Of a stretch of 64,000 nucleotides of DNA, positions 46,801-58,659 are shown piece by piece (position 1 is the first letter of the stretch; every line of letters begins with the position of its first letter). A program made the position numbers and the translations under genes. Source of the stretch: Hydrolagus colliei (Eukaryota); the NCBI GenBank assembly GCA_035084275.1, contig CM068777.1:1116001-1180000 (forward strand), in the 5' to 3' direction. The notes beneath the pieces are model-generated. The model did no database searches. It was not told the origin of the DNA and worked only from the letters and a program-made list of their open reading frames with translations.

Positions 46801-49800
46801 AAGGAACAGACAAGCAGTTAACCAACATGGAGATATTGGCTATCTGTGGAATAAGGAAACCACATAGCTTAACATTTTTGCATCCTGCCCAGGAATCGAA
46901 CCTGGGTCTTCTTGCTTGCAAAGCGAATGTTCTAACCACTCAGCCACAGGACTCCACGGAATTACTTGCAACCCTGAGTGATTGAGATGTTCCATGTGGC
47001 AAAATCACATATTTTTGCCCGTAAAATCTTACTTCTCTTCAATGACAAACCTCAGGGAAGAAATCCAACTCCGACCCCATTGTTCTATAGGTTTGCAAAA
47101 ATGTAAAGATTGATTTTGTGCCTTTGCATATCAAACAAATTCTCAGAGATGTCAGAAATGGCTTTATTTCTGAGGCCAGTAGCTAGTGGTTAGAGCACTC
47201 GCCTCACAGGCGAGAGATCCCAGGTTTGAATGCCCAACAATAACAAAATGTATGGCGCCTTTCACATTGGGAGGACATCCCTAGGGTGAAACCTTAGGCA
47301 AGTTTCTCCACACAGCTCTGCTAATCCCATTTGTTAGTCAATCACTTTCTGATGGTGATAATCCCTGAAAGAGAAAATTGGTCACTCAATCCACACTTGT
47401 TTGTTACTGTGTGCAATTGGCTGCTGTGTTTTGCCCCAACATAGCCAGTCACTCCACTTTACAATAACATCCTGTGAAGTGCTTTGAGGCGTCTCAATGA
47501 CATGATAAGATGCTGTATCAAATGCAAGGCTTATTATTAATTGGAGCTTTTTATCTTCATAGTTATGGTAGAATACTGTATGCCATGGATTTAGTTTTCA
47601 TTGTGTTTACCTAATGCGCTTTGCTCTTTCCTTCAACAGGGTGTCTGTCAGTTACCAGATGACAATGATGCCTGTGACTTTCCGCACAGGAGAATTGACA
47701 TCAGGTGAGTTAACACGCATAACACACACCCACCTCGCAAGTGAGAGGACCTGGGTTCAAATCCTGGCCAGGGCCAAATGTTGGGCAAGTTTCCTTACTC
47801 CACACGCACGCATTCCTTCTTAAAAAAATAAAATAAAACATGACTGTTTGTGGGGGACGCTGCTGTGCGCAATTGACTGCCGCGTTTCGCCCACAAAATA
47901 TGCAGACAATTCACTTGACAATGTATCCTGTGAAGCGCTTTGAGGCGTCTGAAAGATGTGATGAGGCACTGTGTCAAATGCAAGGATTATTTTAATATTA
48001 TGACCAATCCTGTAGTGTTAAATGTGTTGTGTCTGACAGCGAGAGATGGCATGTGTTGTTGATCACTGTGTTGTGTGAGGACTTTGCTCAGCTCCACCCC
48101 AGCTCCCCCCTTCACAGGTTTCACAGCAGACTCGCGTCTCCAGCTCTAACCATAAACTGACCGCTCTCCTCAGCGCTAGACCAGCTAACTAACAATTTGA
48201 AACAAATTAAAACCAGGCCAGAAGAAACACATTTACTATTTTTTTAAAACTGAAATATTTCAAGTGAAATTCTCACCAGTACACGGTTGTTTGAAGAAAA
48301 CTTTTAACATCTTTAAGGCTTCGTTTGATATGTGGGAAGAATATATCAACTGTTCCTACACACTAGATAATACCAACAACAACAACAAAATGACACTTGT
48401 ATAGCGCCTTTCACGTCAGGAGGCGCTGGACAGTCACTGCTTCAGACCCAGGGGGTCCATCAAAGAGAAGGGTCTTGAGGCGAGACTTGAAGGAGGCCAG
48501 GGAGGAGGCGAGGCGGAGGGACTGCAGGATGGAGTTCCAGAGGCTGGGGGCAGAGTGGCTGAAGGCTCGCCCTTTAGCCAATGGTGGGATGGGGGTAAAA
48601 ACTCACATAAGCTTTATCTTTGTAAATCATGTAATCAATTGAAACCACTTCAATTTCATACTAATCACCTCCCGTTTACCATCCGGCTGCATTCGATCTG
48701 TTGTTGTTGTTGTTTAGACGGTTTGTGCTCCTGGGGAGAGTGGTCGAGATGGGTTGATTCGTGGGGAATGTAAACTGCACACCTTAAAACATTACCTCAT
48801 ACGCACATAGCGGCTGCATTAACCTCCTCGTGTGTGGGGTAGAATTGATTGGATCAGGTTTCCAGCTAAAAATATCAGTTTGGTGATGATTGAGTGACGT
48901 TGCTAACCTAGGCTTTGTGAAGCAGCGGAACAAACACACTCCACATCGTGTGTAACGCAGTACTGGAGACGTCAATATTGAAGTTTGCGCCTTCGAACCT
49001 TGCCAGTTGTAATTTCATCCTTTTAAGAAGCATCAATCACTTTTAATGTAAAGTAATCCCAGATGTTACTGTACATCCAGACATACCCTGTCACAACAAG
49101 CCACTGACTTGGTTCTTGGGTAATACAAATACTGTCCAGGTAGTTAGGGGAAGAGATTTTGATGATAATAATCCTTGCATTTCATATAGTAATAATAATA
49201 ATCTGGTATCTGATATACTGCTTTTCACATCTTATCGACGTCTCAAAGTGCTTCACACAAAATACTATAAAGTGAATTGACTGTAAATTTGTGGGTGAAA
49301 CGTGGCAGCCAATTGCGCACAGCAGCGTCCCTCGCAAACAGTCGTGGATTGAAATGACCACAATTTTTATTATTGTGTGTGGTTATTTTTGGTGGATTAT
49401 GATTAGGTGTGTGTGTGTGGTGGAGTAAGGAAACTTGCCAAAGGTTTCGCCCTGACCTACCTGGATTTGAACACAGGCCTCTCACTTGTAAGGCGAGTGC
49501 TCTAACCACTGAGCTACAGGAGCTAAAGCTGTATCACATCACTAGGATGTCTCAAAACGCTTCACAGAATTCATTTAAAGTGGATGGACTGTGTATTTTG
49601 TAGGCTAAACACGGCAGCCATTTGCACAGAGCAGTGTCCCACAAACAGTCGGGAATTGGTCAATTGATTGACCAATTTTTTTTTAAGTTGTGTTAAATGT
49701 TATTATCCTGACTGATACATCTTATGAGTGTTTTCCTGTGTTTGTATTCTCCCCTTGTTGTTGTTGTGTTGTTGGACAGTTGTGGAGCTCCTGTAGCTCA

Positions 49801-52800
49801 ATGGTTAGTCTTACAAGTGTGAGACTCTGTGTTTGAATCCAGGCAGGTCAGAGCGAAACCTTGGGCAAGTTTCCTTACTGCACACACACACACATGCCTA
49901 CTAATAATCTGTCCAAAAATCGATCCCCCAAAAAACCACAATAATAAAAATTGGTCATTTCAATCTACGATTGTTTGTGGGGGACGCTGCTGTGCGCAAT
50001 CAGCTGCCGCATTTCACCCACAAATATACAGTCACTTCACTTTACTGTATATTCTGTGAAGCGCTTTGAGACGTCGAGAAGATGTGAAAAGCGCTATATT
50101 TAATGCAAGGATTATTATTATTATTATTATTATAAGAGGTGCTTTGAACAATGATGCAGTGAATCTGGGGATTGGGAGTATTTTTAAATTAGCCAGGAGT
50201 GAAATTTCACTCCAGCCAGGAATCAAACCCAGGGCCTCTCGCTTGCTAAACACCACACTGCAGAACTAATTGTTTTGATGATGTAATTTGATGATTGATG
50301 ATTAATCTCCTCATTCTCTATACTGTACTAACCTGGATACTGACCATGTCCTATCTCCCTACACAGGCTGATTCCAAAAGATCAGTATTTCTGCGGAGTG
50401 CTGTATTTCACTGGCAGTGACATATTCAACAAGAACATGAGGACCAACGCGCTGGAAAAAGGCTTCACATTGAACGAGTATACCATCCGCCCAATAGGAT
50501 CCACAGGTCAGCTTCAAACAGCAATGGAAGCCGTGAGCTTGCTCCTGTTTATCAAATGCTCCCGTCTCTGCACTGATAAGGATTTCACTGTTTTAAATAA
50601 AAAGGGTTGTACAAATCCACCATTGCACTAACATTTCAACTGCTAGATTGTTATCATAAAATAATATTCCTTGTGTTGAGATGTCTCAAAGCGCTTCACA
50701 GAATATACTGTCAAGTGAATTGTCTGAACGTTTTGTGGGCAAAACGCGGCAGCCGATTGCGATCAGCAGCGTTCCCCCCCCCCACAAACAACAACAACCA
50801 TTACATTTGTCGAGCGCCTTTCACGTCAGGAAGATGTCCCAAGGCACTGAGTTGTAGGTAGAGTTTGGAGGCATTTTTACTCCTGAAAGCGATCTGCCAA
50901 TCGACCAACCACCAGTTCCTAGTTACTGCTAAGTACAACAACAACAACATTATATTTATAGAGCGCCTTTCACGTCGGGAAGACGGTCCAGGGCGCTGAA
51001 TAGTCAGGTCAGGACGCGAGCAAGGGAGAGGGGAGGGAGAGAGTTGGGAGGGAAGGGAGAGAGTTGGGAAGACAGAAGAAGGCACGGTCAAAGAGATGGG
51101 TCTTGAGACCGGCCTTGAAGGAGGCGAGGGAGGGAGCGAGGCGAAGGGACTGTGGGATGGAGTTTGAGAGTGTGGGGGAAGAGTAAACAGGATTGTGTGT
51201 GAAGTAAGGAAAGTTGTGTAAGGTTTTACCTGGGTCCTCTCATTTGAGAGGCAAGTTCTGTACCCACTACACTACAGGACTCCTGCTGTGTGTAATCACC
51301 ACCACAGTGACTGAAGAGTTCAAATGTGAGTACAGAAATTGGTATTTGAAGTAAACTGAATTGGCAATATTGTGTTTGGTTTGACAAAAGGAGCTGTGGA
51401 TCAACGCGGGGCTGTTCTCAAGTTCTAAATAGTGTTTGTGACCTATAATTAGTGTCCCACAGTCAGGCACCGGCTTGTAATCCCGAGGCACAGCCATGAT
51501 AAACTGCAGCTTGGAAAACACTAAGTGTTTTGTTCCAGCCGTTAGTTAGTGACAAGTTAGTCAATCAACCGATAACTCAACTCACACAAAGTGCCTCCTC
51601 AATCAGCACCACACGCCTGTCACTAACTGAGGACATTTGCTTATCTCCAGGGAGTTCACAAAGTCCCCTTACCCCCAAAGGCTCTACAGTAATATATTGT
51701 TGCGGCTGGAGTGGTTAGATCGCTCACTTTGCGAGTTAAAGGTCCCAGGTTCAGTTCCCAGGTGGATTGAAAAGTTAGGAAAGTTTCCTTACACTCTCCT
51801 CACACTCACTCACTCACACTCTAGCAGTAAAAGGGACCCAGTAGTTAATTGATTGGTCCCACTCTCGCTTTCTAAACCCTTCTGGTAACTGAATGACTGA
51901 ACTCTATGGTAAACCAAGGCACAAATACGAGCACCAGTCGTGCTCTGACTGAGGCTTCCTGTTATTGTGTACTCCATGAGAACCAGGAAAAATATGCAAT
52001 TGGTTTGTCCGTCTCTTTACAAGGTCCCAGTTGCACAATGTTTGAGGTTGGCAATGGGCTGGGAATGGGAGCTGAGTAACTGAGGAGTATTCTGGATTCT
52101 GCGTTTGTCTCGATTCCATTTCCCCTGGAGTCAAACAATAACAACAACAAATGACATTTATAGAGCGCCTCACACAGCGGGAGGATGTCCCAACGCGCTC
52201 AACAGGCAGGTCGGGACCAGAGCTGGTGGTGGGTGGGGTTTGGGATAGGGGGAAGGAGAGTAGGAGAATTGACTGTATATTTGTGGGTGAAACGCAGCAG
52301 CCAATTGCACACAGCAGCGTCCCGCAAATAGTCACGGAAGTGGGGTTAGGGAAGAAAGGGGGAGAGGGAGGGGAAGGTGAGGGGGGTTCAAATCAGGGAG
52401 AAACGGTGGGGAAAGAAAGAAACCACTCACAGTAAAGTCCCACAGCTCGCTCACTCTCTCTCTCTCTCTTACCCACACGCAGTCACTCCATTCTGCAGTG
52501 TATCCAGTGAAGCGCTTTGACATGTCTCAAAGACGTGATAAGGCGCTGTATCAAATGCCACAATTATATAAAATGAGTTTTTAAACCTGGCCTTTTTAAG
52601 GTTCCAAAATAGTTGACTGTTTCCTGCGGTCTCGCCGAAAACTACACTCGAGGTTCTCAAATTTAGATTTTCGATTAATTTTGCATTCAAATCCCTAAAC
52701 GCCTCAAGATCCTCCTATGCGACCGCGCCTTCGGTTACCCCCCTATCCCTAGCCTCCCTATCCACAAACAGTCGAGGATTGAGTGACCTTTTTGTAGGGA

Positions 52801-53389
52801 TTGTTATCTCCACAAAGCAATCCACCAACTGATCCACTAACAACTGGGTTCGTGCTGACTGCTGGGTAAACAGAGGCGTGTGTGTGTGCATGTATGTAGT
52901 GAATTGACTCTATACTATTTATTAGTCGAGCTCCTGTAGCTCAGTGGTTAGAGCCCTTGCCTTACAACTGTGAGACCTGTGTTCCAATCCAGTCAGGGCG
53001 AAACCCTGGGCCAGTTTCTTTACTCTATAGACACACACACACACATTTAATCCGTCCAAAAAATACACAATAATAAAATTGGTCATTTCAACCCACAGCT
53101 GTGTGTGGGGGACGCTGCTGTGCGCAATCGGCTGCCGTGTTTCACCCACAAATATATATACAGTCAATTCACTTTACAGTATTTCTGTGAAGCGCTTTGA
53201 GACACAGTGTAGAAGACGTGATAAGGCACCGTATCAAACGCCAGGATTACTCGTGGGCGAATGTATATTAATTGATGGATGTTTGTAACTGCAGGGATCC
53301 CGGGGGAGCCGCTGCCGGTGGACAGTGAGCAGGACATCTTTGACTATATTGACTGGGTTTATCGAGAACCTAAAGACCGGAGCGAGTGA
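22793..53389 (+). CDS. POLB: DNA polymerase beta, complete 14-exon CDS (1008 nt, 335 aa)
   Basis: Exon lengths 61, 58, 67, 75, 59, 50, 52, 55, 73, 71, 87, 65, 140, 95 sum to 1008 and are in frame. MSKRKAP N-terminus, lyase K72 region KIAKKIDEF, catalytic DMD (190/192), RRID (256), LYFTGSD, C-terminal EPKDRSE*. Confidence 0.98.
22853..23110 (+). repeat. G-rich minisatellite at the start of POLB intron 1
   Basis: Repeated ggtaatgaggggagtggggg units. Confidence 0.85.
23648..24260 (+). mobile_element. SINE interrupted by a minus-strand CR1 tail (23886-24160)
   Basis: SINE sequence resumes after the CR1 insert; cagtca is present on both sides of the insert. Confidence 0.8.
25581..25638 (+). CDS. 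POLB: POLB exon 2
   Basis: [20 protein letters not shown]. Confidence 0.96.
26377..26443 (+). CDS. POLB: POLB exon 3
   Basis: [22 protein letters not shown]. Confidence 0.96.
27452..27526 (+). CDS. POLB: POLB exon 4
   Basis: [25 protein letters not shown]. Confidence 0.96.
28058..28116 (+). CDS. POLB: POLB exon 5
   Basis: [20 protein letters not shown]. Confidence 0.96.
29261..29310 (+). CDS. POLB: POLB exon 6 (GC donor)
   Basis: [16 protein letters not shown]; AAG|GCAAGT. Confidence 0.93.
29581..29632 (+). CDS. POLB: POLB exon 7
   Basis: [18 protein letters not shown]. Confidence 0.96.
29932..30391. mobile_element. Tigger/pogo-like MITE family 2
   Basis: TIRs cagtaaaa(a/g)ccc(a/g)tttatc / gataaacgggcttttactg with TA duplication; other copies at 32457-33100, 41382-42287 and 42387-43079. 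Confidence 0.85.
30737..30791 (+). CDS. POLB: POLB exon 8
   Basis: [18 protein letters not shown]. Confidence 0.96.
31078..31150 (+). CDS. POLB: POLB exon 9
   Basis: [25 protein letters not shown]. Confidence 0.96.
31383..31638 (+). repeat. Unclassified 256-bp segment, inverted duplicate of 51880-52135
   Basis: About 7 mismatches by manual alignment with the reverse complement of 51880-52135. Confidence 0.92.
31672..31993 (-). mobile_element. tRNA-derived SINE, full length
   Basis: Reverse complement of the dominant SINE consensus. Confidence 0.88.
32457..33100. mobile_element. Tigger-like MITE family 2 (right TIR truncated)
   Basis: ta|cagtaaaagcccgtttatc left end; internal sequence shared with 42387-43079. 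Confidence 0.8.
33527..34604. mobile_element. hAT-like element with TAGRGTCCG TIRs and ATATCG subterminal repeats
   Basis: tagagtccggcgata / tattgacggacccta; flanks ctctctac / ccctctat (6/8). Confidence 0.65.
33770..34310. repeat. G-rich minisatellite (gagagagacggctgggggg units)
   Basis: About 20 degenerate units; responsible for the artefactual Pro/Ser-rich ORFs 33599-34526. Confidence 0.9.
36113..36330. mobile_element. Penelope-derived palindrome upstream of POLB exon 10
   Basis: gaagttgctgaggaaaactcagcaggtcaggc...gcctgatctgctgagttttcccagcaatttc. Confidence 0.7.
36381..36451 (+). CDS. POLB: POLB exon 10
   Basis: [23 protein letters not shown]; AAG acceptor. Confidence 0.95.
37970..38075 (-). 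mobile_element. SacSINE1-like SINE head fragment
   Basis: Minus strand tcagtgtcagcctcgggctaaggtagcgctctc...gagtcagaatattgtgggttcaacccc; family assigned from memory. Confidence 0.45.
38619..38705 (+). CDS. POLB: POLB exon 11
   Basis: [29 protein letters not shown]. Confidence 0.96.
41382..42287. mobile_element. Tigger-like MITE family 2 with CT/GA-rich interior
   Basis: Both family-2 ends are present. Confidence 0.78.
42387..43079. mobile_element. Tigger-like MITE family 2, opposite orientation
   Basis: ta|cagtagaagcccgtttatcc ... gataaacaggcatttactg|ta. Confidence 0.82.
47640..47704 (+). CDS. POLB: POLB exon 12
   Basis: [22 protein letters not shown]. Confidence 0.96.
49163..49523 (-). 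mobile_element. tRNA-derived SINE, full length
   Basis: Reverse complement of the dominant SINE. Confidence 0.88.
49784..50132 (+). mobile_element. tRNA-derived SINE, full length
   Basis: A/B boxes, body and tail with (TTA)n. Confidence 0.88.
50367..50506 (+). CDS. POLB: POLB exon 13
   Basis: [46 protein letters not shown]. Confidence 0.97.
51880..52135 (-). repeat. Unclassified 256-bp segment, inverted duplicate of 31383-31638
   Basis: Direct alignment with the intron-9 copy. Confidence 0.92.
52928..53248 (+). mobile_element. tRNA-derived SINE just upstream of POLB exon 14
   Basis: Full head, body and tail. Confidence 0.88.
53295..53389 (+). CDS. POLB: POLB exon 14
   Basis: [31 protein letters not shown]. 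Confidence 0.97.
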
Positions 53390-53563
53390 TTGACATCTGC
53401 GGGCCGTCCTCGGAACATTCACTCAACAATAACTGCGAGTCCGGGGGCTTCTGTGACTGAGGGAGAGCGGCCGAGCGAGCCCCGGGGAACCGAGGACTGA
53501 GGAACTCTCCGATCTCTGCAGAGGTCAGGGTGTAATGTGTAATCAGGATTAAACTCAAGGTGC

Positions 53564-53569
53564 AATAAA
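53564..53569 (+). terminator. Probable POLB polyadenylation signal (AATAAA)
   Basis: About 175 nt after the stop codon; ATTAAA also at about 53548. Confidence 0.55.
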
Positions 53570-53689
53570 CGCTCAGCAAACCATGGTGGCATGATTGATA
53601 TCAACCTTGGACTGTTCATTGCTCTTGTGTGGCTCAGAGCAGGGAACAAATCATTAAAACTCACAAAAGTCGTGTCGGTCGGGAGAGAG

Positions 53690-54150
53690 GGGGGAGGGAG
53701 GGTCATATTGACAGCCTTACCCACCCCCCCACCTCTCTGACCTGCTGTCCCCCCTATGAACCTCCCCACCCCCTCCGTTCACCGGGCTCCGGCCTGCTCC
53801 GTGTCCCCCGCCCGACCCTCCCTACCGTCAGTGGCCGGGCTTTCTGCCCCCCACACTCTGGAACTCCATCCCACAGTCCCTTCGCCTCGCTCCCTCCCTC
53901 GCCTCCTTCAAGGCCGGTCTCAAGACCCTCCTCTTCGACTGTGCCTTCTGCTGCCCTCCCAACTCTCTCTCTCCCTTCCCAACTCCCTCTCTCCCCTCGC
54001 AACTCTCTCCCCTCCCCTCCCAACTCCCTCTCTCCCCTCCCAATTCACTCCCTTCCCTCCCAACCCTCTCCCCCCTCCCCTGCCCCTCTCCCTTGCTCGG
54101 GTCCGGTCCTGACGTGAAAGACGCTCTATACGTGTAATGTTGTTGTTCCA
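53690..54150 (+). mobile_element. Short L2 3' fragment (second L2 subfamily)
   Basis: ctctggaactccatcccacagtcccttcgcctcgctccctccc...gacgtgaaagacgctctata and (TTG)n. Similar pieces at about 10440-10810, 27560-27810, 40920-41300 (-), 48370-48580 (-), 57210-57670 (-) and 61130-61410. Confidence 0.8.
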
Positions 54151-56116
54151 AGTCCCGTCTAAAGACCTTCCTCTTCAGCTGCCTCCCCATAAACTCAGGG
54201 CGTTTGATAGGAAACGGGTCAGACTGTTTCACTGACTCTGGGACTCCAACCTGCAATTGGAGGTGGGGTGGGGGTCACTATATAAAGCCAAGTTATTGCT
54301 GTTACAGTATTATGCAATGTATAAAGATGAGACCTACCTGAATTTTACTATCAAATCAGTGGGGAATCAGCTTTGCCTGGGTTGTGTGTGGTGTGTGTGT
54401 GTTCTCTGTAATGTGGTTTTGTCCTTTGGGACTCCAGGGTTGATCAGGGAATATTATTGGATGAAATAACATGGATGATTTTGGTGTCTCGTTGCTCAGT
54501 AGTTTCCCTCTCACAGGTGGGGGTGGGGGGTTGGGTTGGTTGGTAAATTATGCATGAGTAGCTACAATCCACCGTCTTTCCTTCCTTTTCGGCTCTTTGC
54601 AGTGAAGAACTATAAATAAAATGCTTTTAAAACTGACTGCTTGCTGCGTATCGTAACTCACTCTCTCACTCGGAGAGAGAGGTGAAGGGAGGGAGACTCG
54701 CACACATAATGTCTATCTCTAAATTTACTTGTTCACCACCTACACCCATCACAGGGGTTTGGAATGAACGACTTGACTTGACATCTGACCCACAGTGGAG
54801 AGGGATAACAACGAGGAATAACAAGGTTAGAAAACCCGGGTGAGATCTGGCTGGAGGGAGGGCCCCCTGCCTCAGGGATCTCACTGCAGAAACATGGGCT
54901 GGAACCTGCTGTGTGGAGACCTGTAGCTCAGGGGTTAGAGCGCTCACCTCACAGGAGAGGGGACTCAGTGTCAATTTCCTGAGAGGGTCAGGACAAGAGA
55001 AACCTTGGGCAAGTTTCCTTACTCCACACACACATATACACACACGCGCACACACATACACACATATATATTTATACACATACACGCGCGCCTCTGTTTA
55101 CCCAGCAGTAAATAGGAACCTGATTGTTAGTCGCTTGGCAGACCATTTTCTGGGGGTGATAATCCCTCCAGACAAAACCATATCATTAAATCCATGACTC
55201 TTTGTGTGTGTGGGGGTGGTGGGGGAACTGGGTGGAGGTTAATTTCCAGCTTCAGTCTCTCAGCTCTCCCAGGGAATCAGTGGTGTTTAAAGGCTTTGTT
55301 CCCACAAAGCGAGGAGGCGAGAGTTTAATGGTTTATTTCCCCCCCAGGGTGAAGGCAGGCACTGGTTTGACATATTAACGATGAAAACACAGTGTTGGGT
55401 AATTGTAGCTTCTGCTCCATAGACAGCGGTGGTGCGTGCCACCTCACAAAACACAGTCACTCCACTTTACACCACATTCTGGAGTCCCTGTAGCTCAGTG
55501 GTTAGAGCACTCGCCTTACAAGCGAAAGATCTTGTTCAGGTTAAAACCTTGGGCAAGTTTCCTTACTTCACACACACACACACTCCCTAATAATAATCCC
55601 TCCACAAAAAATTTTTATTGGTCATTTCAACCCACAGCTGTGTGTGGGGGGGAAACGCTGCTGTGCGCAATTGGCTGTCATGTTTTGCCAACAAATATAT
55701 ATACAGTCAATTGACTTTACAGTATATTCTGTGAAGCGCTTTGGAACGTCGATAAACGCCTTTATATAGCACCTTTCACATCGAGAGGACGTCCCAAGGC
55801 ACTGTACAGGCAGCCAAATTAACGCAAAGCAGTGTCCCACAAACAGTCACAGAAATGGGGCCTGGGGAGAAAGGGGGAAAAGAGGGTAAGGGGGGAGAGG
55901 GAGGGAAAGGTGAGGTGAGGAAGAGGGGGGGAGAAAGGGGGGAGGGAAAGGTGGGTGGGGGGCAAAATCAGGGAGAAAGGGGGGTAATAGATAACCATGA
56001 TACATAAACACAATTTTCTGATGGCATGAGAGGTTTGCCAGTGTTGAGTGAAGTTGCAAACAGTCGACTCGCTTTCGAAAGCAGTTTGACACAGAGAGAT
56101 AGATCGAGAGAGAGAT

Positions 56117-56149
<33 letters not shown>

Positions 56150-56917
56150 GGAGAGCAGGTATGTGTGGGTGGGGGCAATACAACACACGTGAGTTTGACT
56201 ATCGGTCAAACAGAGATGCAAAATTTCAAGTCCATTTTAGTGTCGACGACTCTACCATCTTTCTGTGTCTCTCCCAGTATTTTACCTTTGTGGGTTTGTC
56301 TCACATAACTAGAGGATGTGATTCCATCTCAACCACAACCACTTGGGTTTACACGACGCCCTCCACCCAATCTCACCGCAACCTGACACTTCAAGATCTT
56401 ACACTACAAAGAGTTTATCTTTCAAAAGTTTAACACCCGGGTCCTCAACCTCAAAGCCTCGTTCCTATAGCCTCTAGCCTCTCCCATAGCCACCCTACCT
56501 CCGTGACCACCTAACCTCCCACCAACCTGGCCCCACCCCCTCCCTCCGCTCAGCAGGCTCTGGCCTGCTCTATGTCCCCCAACCCACCCACCCGCCCCCC
56601 ACCATTCAGCCACTCTGCCCCCAACCTCTGGAACTCCATCCGCCTCACCCCTTCCCCTTCAAGTCCCGCCTCAAGACCATCCTCCTCTTTGACCAACCGT
56701 GCTTTCAATCAACTTCCTTCACCCCCCCACCCTCCCCCCCCCCACACTCTGCCTCCCTACCCCCAGCTCAGGTCCAGGGCCTTGGGACGTCCTCCCCCCA
56801 GGGTAAGGAGTTACACATATATAATATATAATATTGTCTTAATCCACTGAAGCTGTTTCTGGCTGATTTTGAACTTTTTAAGACTTAAAAGACTGAAGAC
56901 ATTTTTCCCAATTCAAT

Positions 56918-56923
56918 TTTATT
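56918..56923 (-). terminator. Possible DKK4 polyadenylation signal
   Basis: AATAAA on the minus strand about 900 nt after the DKK stop. Confidence 0.4.
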
Positions 56924-57823
56924 TTACATAATACACGGTCGCAAACACTGGGATAGCAACAATCCTTTGCGTTTGACCCCAGCGGCTTATCGGGCGGGTT
57001 GGAAAGTCCGGGGCAGAATATCTCTGTGATCGGCTGAACAAGTTACATTTTGCAAAACTTTTTTTTTTTTTAAATGAACAATAAAGTGGGCAAAAAACAA
57101 AATACTGGCGATTCTGCAAATCTGAAATAACAACAGAAGTCACTGGGAACACGCAGCAGGTCATGAACACTTACTTGCCTCTCTCCATAGATGCTGCCTT
57201 ACCCTAAACGGTAACAACAACAAAATGACACTTGTAGAGAGCCTTTCACGTCAGGAGGAAGTCCCAAGGCGCTGGACAGTCACTGCTTCAGACGCGAGCT
57301 GAGGACAGGGGGGGTGGGGGTGGGGGGGGGGGGGGATGGGGGGGGAGGGGGGAGGTGGAAGGAGTTGCCAATGGGACCATCGAAGAGGAGTGAGGCGGGA
57401 CTTGAAGGAGGCCAGGGAGAGGGCGAGCGAGGCAGAGGGACTGAGGGATGGAGTTCCAGAGGTTGGGGGGGTAGAGTGGGTGAAGGCTGGGGGGGTGGGG
57501 GGGGGTGGGGGGGGGGTGGGGGGGGGTGGGGGGGGGTCAGGCGATGTGGAGCAGACCAGAGTCTGCTGAGCAGAGGGAGGGGGGGGGGCCCCGGGCAAGT
57601 TGGTAAGGGGATAGGAGGTCATGGATATAGAGTGAGGCGAGGTTGTGGAGGGGGCTTTAAATGTGAGGACCACTCCCTCCCTCTCTCTCTCTCCCTCTCT
57701 CTCTCTCTCTCCATAGATGCTGCCTGACCTGCTGTGTGTGTGTGTGTGTGTGTGTGTTTCCCAGCCACGTCTCTCTAACTTGCAGCTATCTTGTAAACCG
57801 GGCGAGGAGTCCTGTGAAGGGTC

Positions 57824-58071
57824 TCACTGACAGACTCGTAACCTTGACCTGCGCTGTGAGCTGCCCTGGTTCTGGTGTCTGCAGGTCAGGCCCGGGGAGC
57901 AGTCACAGCGCTGGAAGATCTCTGGACCCTGAGGAAGGTCCTTGCGTCCTCGCTTGGAACAAACCTGACCCTCTTTCAGGACTGGGCGGCAGATCTTAGA
58001 CCAGAAATGCCGAGCGCAGCAAAGTCCCCTCGAGCAATCGGATGTCCGCAAACACAACTCCCCCTCCAGCC
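57824..58071 (-). CDS. DKK4: Dickkopf protein, terminal exon (CRD2/colipase-fold domain), most likely DKK4
   Basis: ttttcag|GG CTG GAG ... [65 protein letters not shown]...RLRVCQ*. RLRVCQ and the tail-to-tail position next to POLB favour DKK4 over DKK1 or DKK2. Confidence 0.85.
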
Positions 58072-58127
58072 CTGAAAACACACACACACACACACACAGA
58101 GGGTTATCATGAGAGAATCGTATCGGA

Positions 58128-58510
58128 ATAATAATAATCCTTGCATTTGGATATATAGTGCCTTTTCACATTTTATCGCCACCTCAAAGCGCTTCACAGA
58201 ATAAAGTGAAGTGACTGTATATATATTTGTGGGCGAAACGCGGCAGCCAATTGCGCACAACAGCGTCCCCCACACACAGCAGCGTCCCCAGCGTCCCCAC
58301 CACCCCCCCCACCCCCCCCCCCACACACACAGCCGTGGGTTGAAATAACCAACTTTTTTATTATTGTGGTGTTTTGGGACAGATTATTATCAGGTGTGTG
58401 TGTGTGTGAGTGGGTGTGGAGTAAAGGAAACTTGTCCAAGGTTTCGCCCTGACCTGCTGGGAATCGAACCCATGTCCTCTGGCTTGCGAGGCGAGCGCTC
58501 TAACCACTGA
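58128..58510 (-). mobile_element. tRNA-derived SINE in the DKK intron
   Basis: Reverse complement of the dominant SINE. Confidence 0.85.
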
Positions 58511-58659
58511 TGCCCGTCTCCTATAATTTAACATGTGGCCACAGGGCTTTGGAGCACGCCCACTACACGTTTAATAGATTAGAGTCTGGAGAGAGAACTT
58601 TACACTCTGTCATTATTAAAGCCAAACAACTGGGCGTTAATTCTGGGCTATAATTTTGG

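Noticed and set aside
46294-46985. Coding potential of the non-repeat block in POLB intron 11 (ORFs 46294-46608, 46680-46985)
   Set aside because: No recognisable domain or convincing splice-site pair.
54200-54900. Solo LTR (TATA-like, AATAAA-containing unique segment)
   Set aside because: No TG…CA ends with a TSD could be defined and there is no second copy in the window.
55280-55305. TCF/LEF site pair (ctttgtt…cacaaag) as a Wnt enhancer for DKK4
   Set aside because: Short motifs of this kind are expected by chance, and no conservation evidence is available from the sequence alone.
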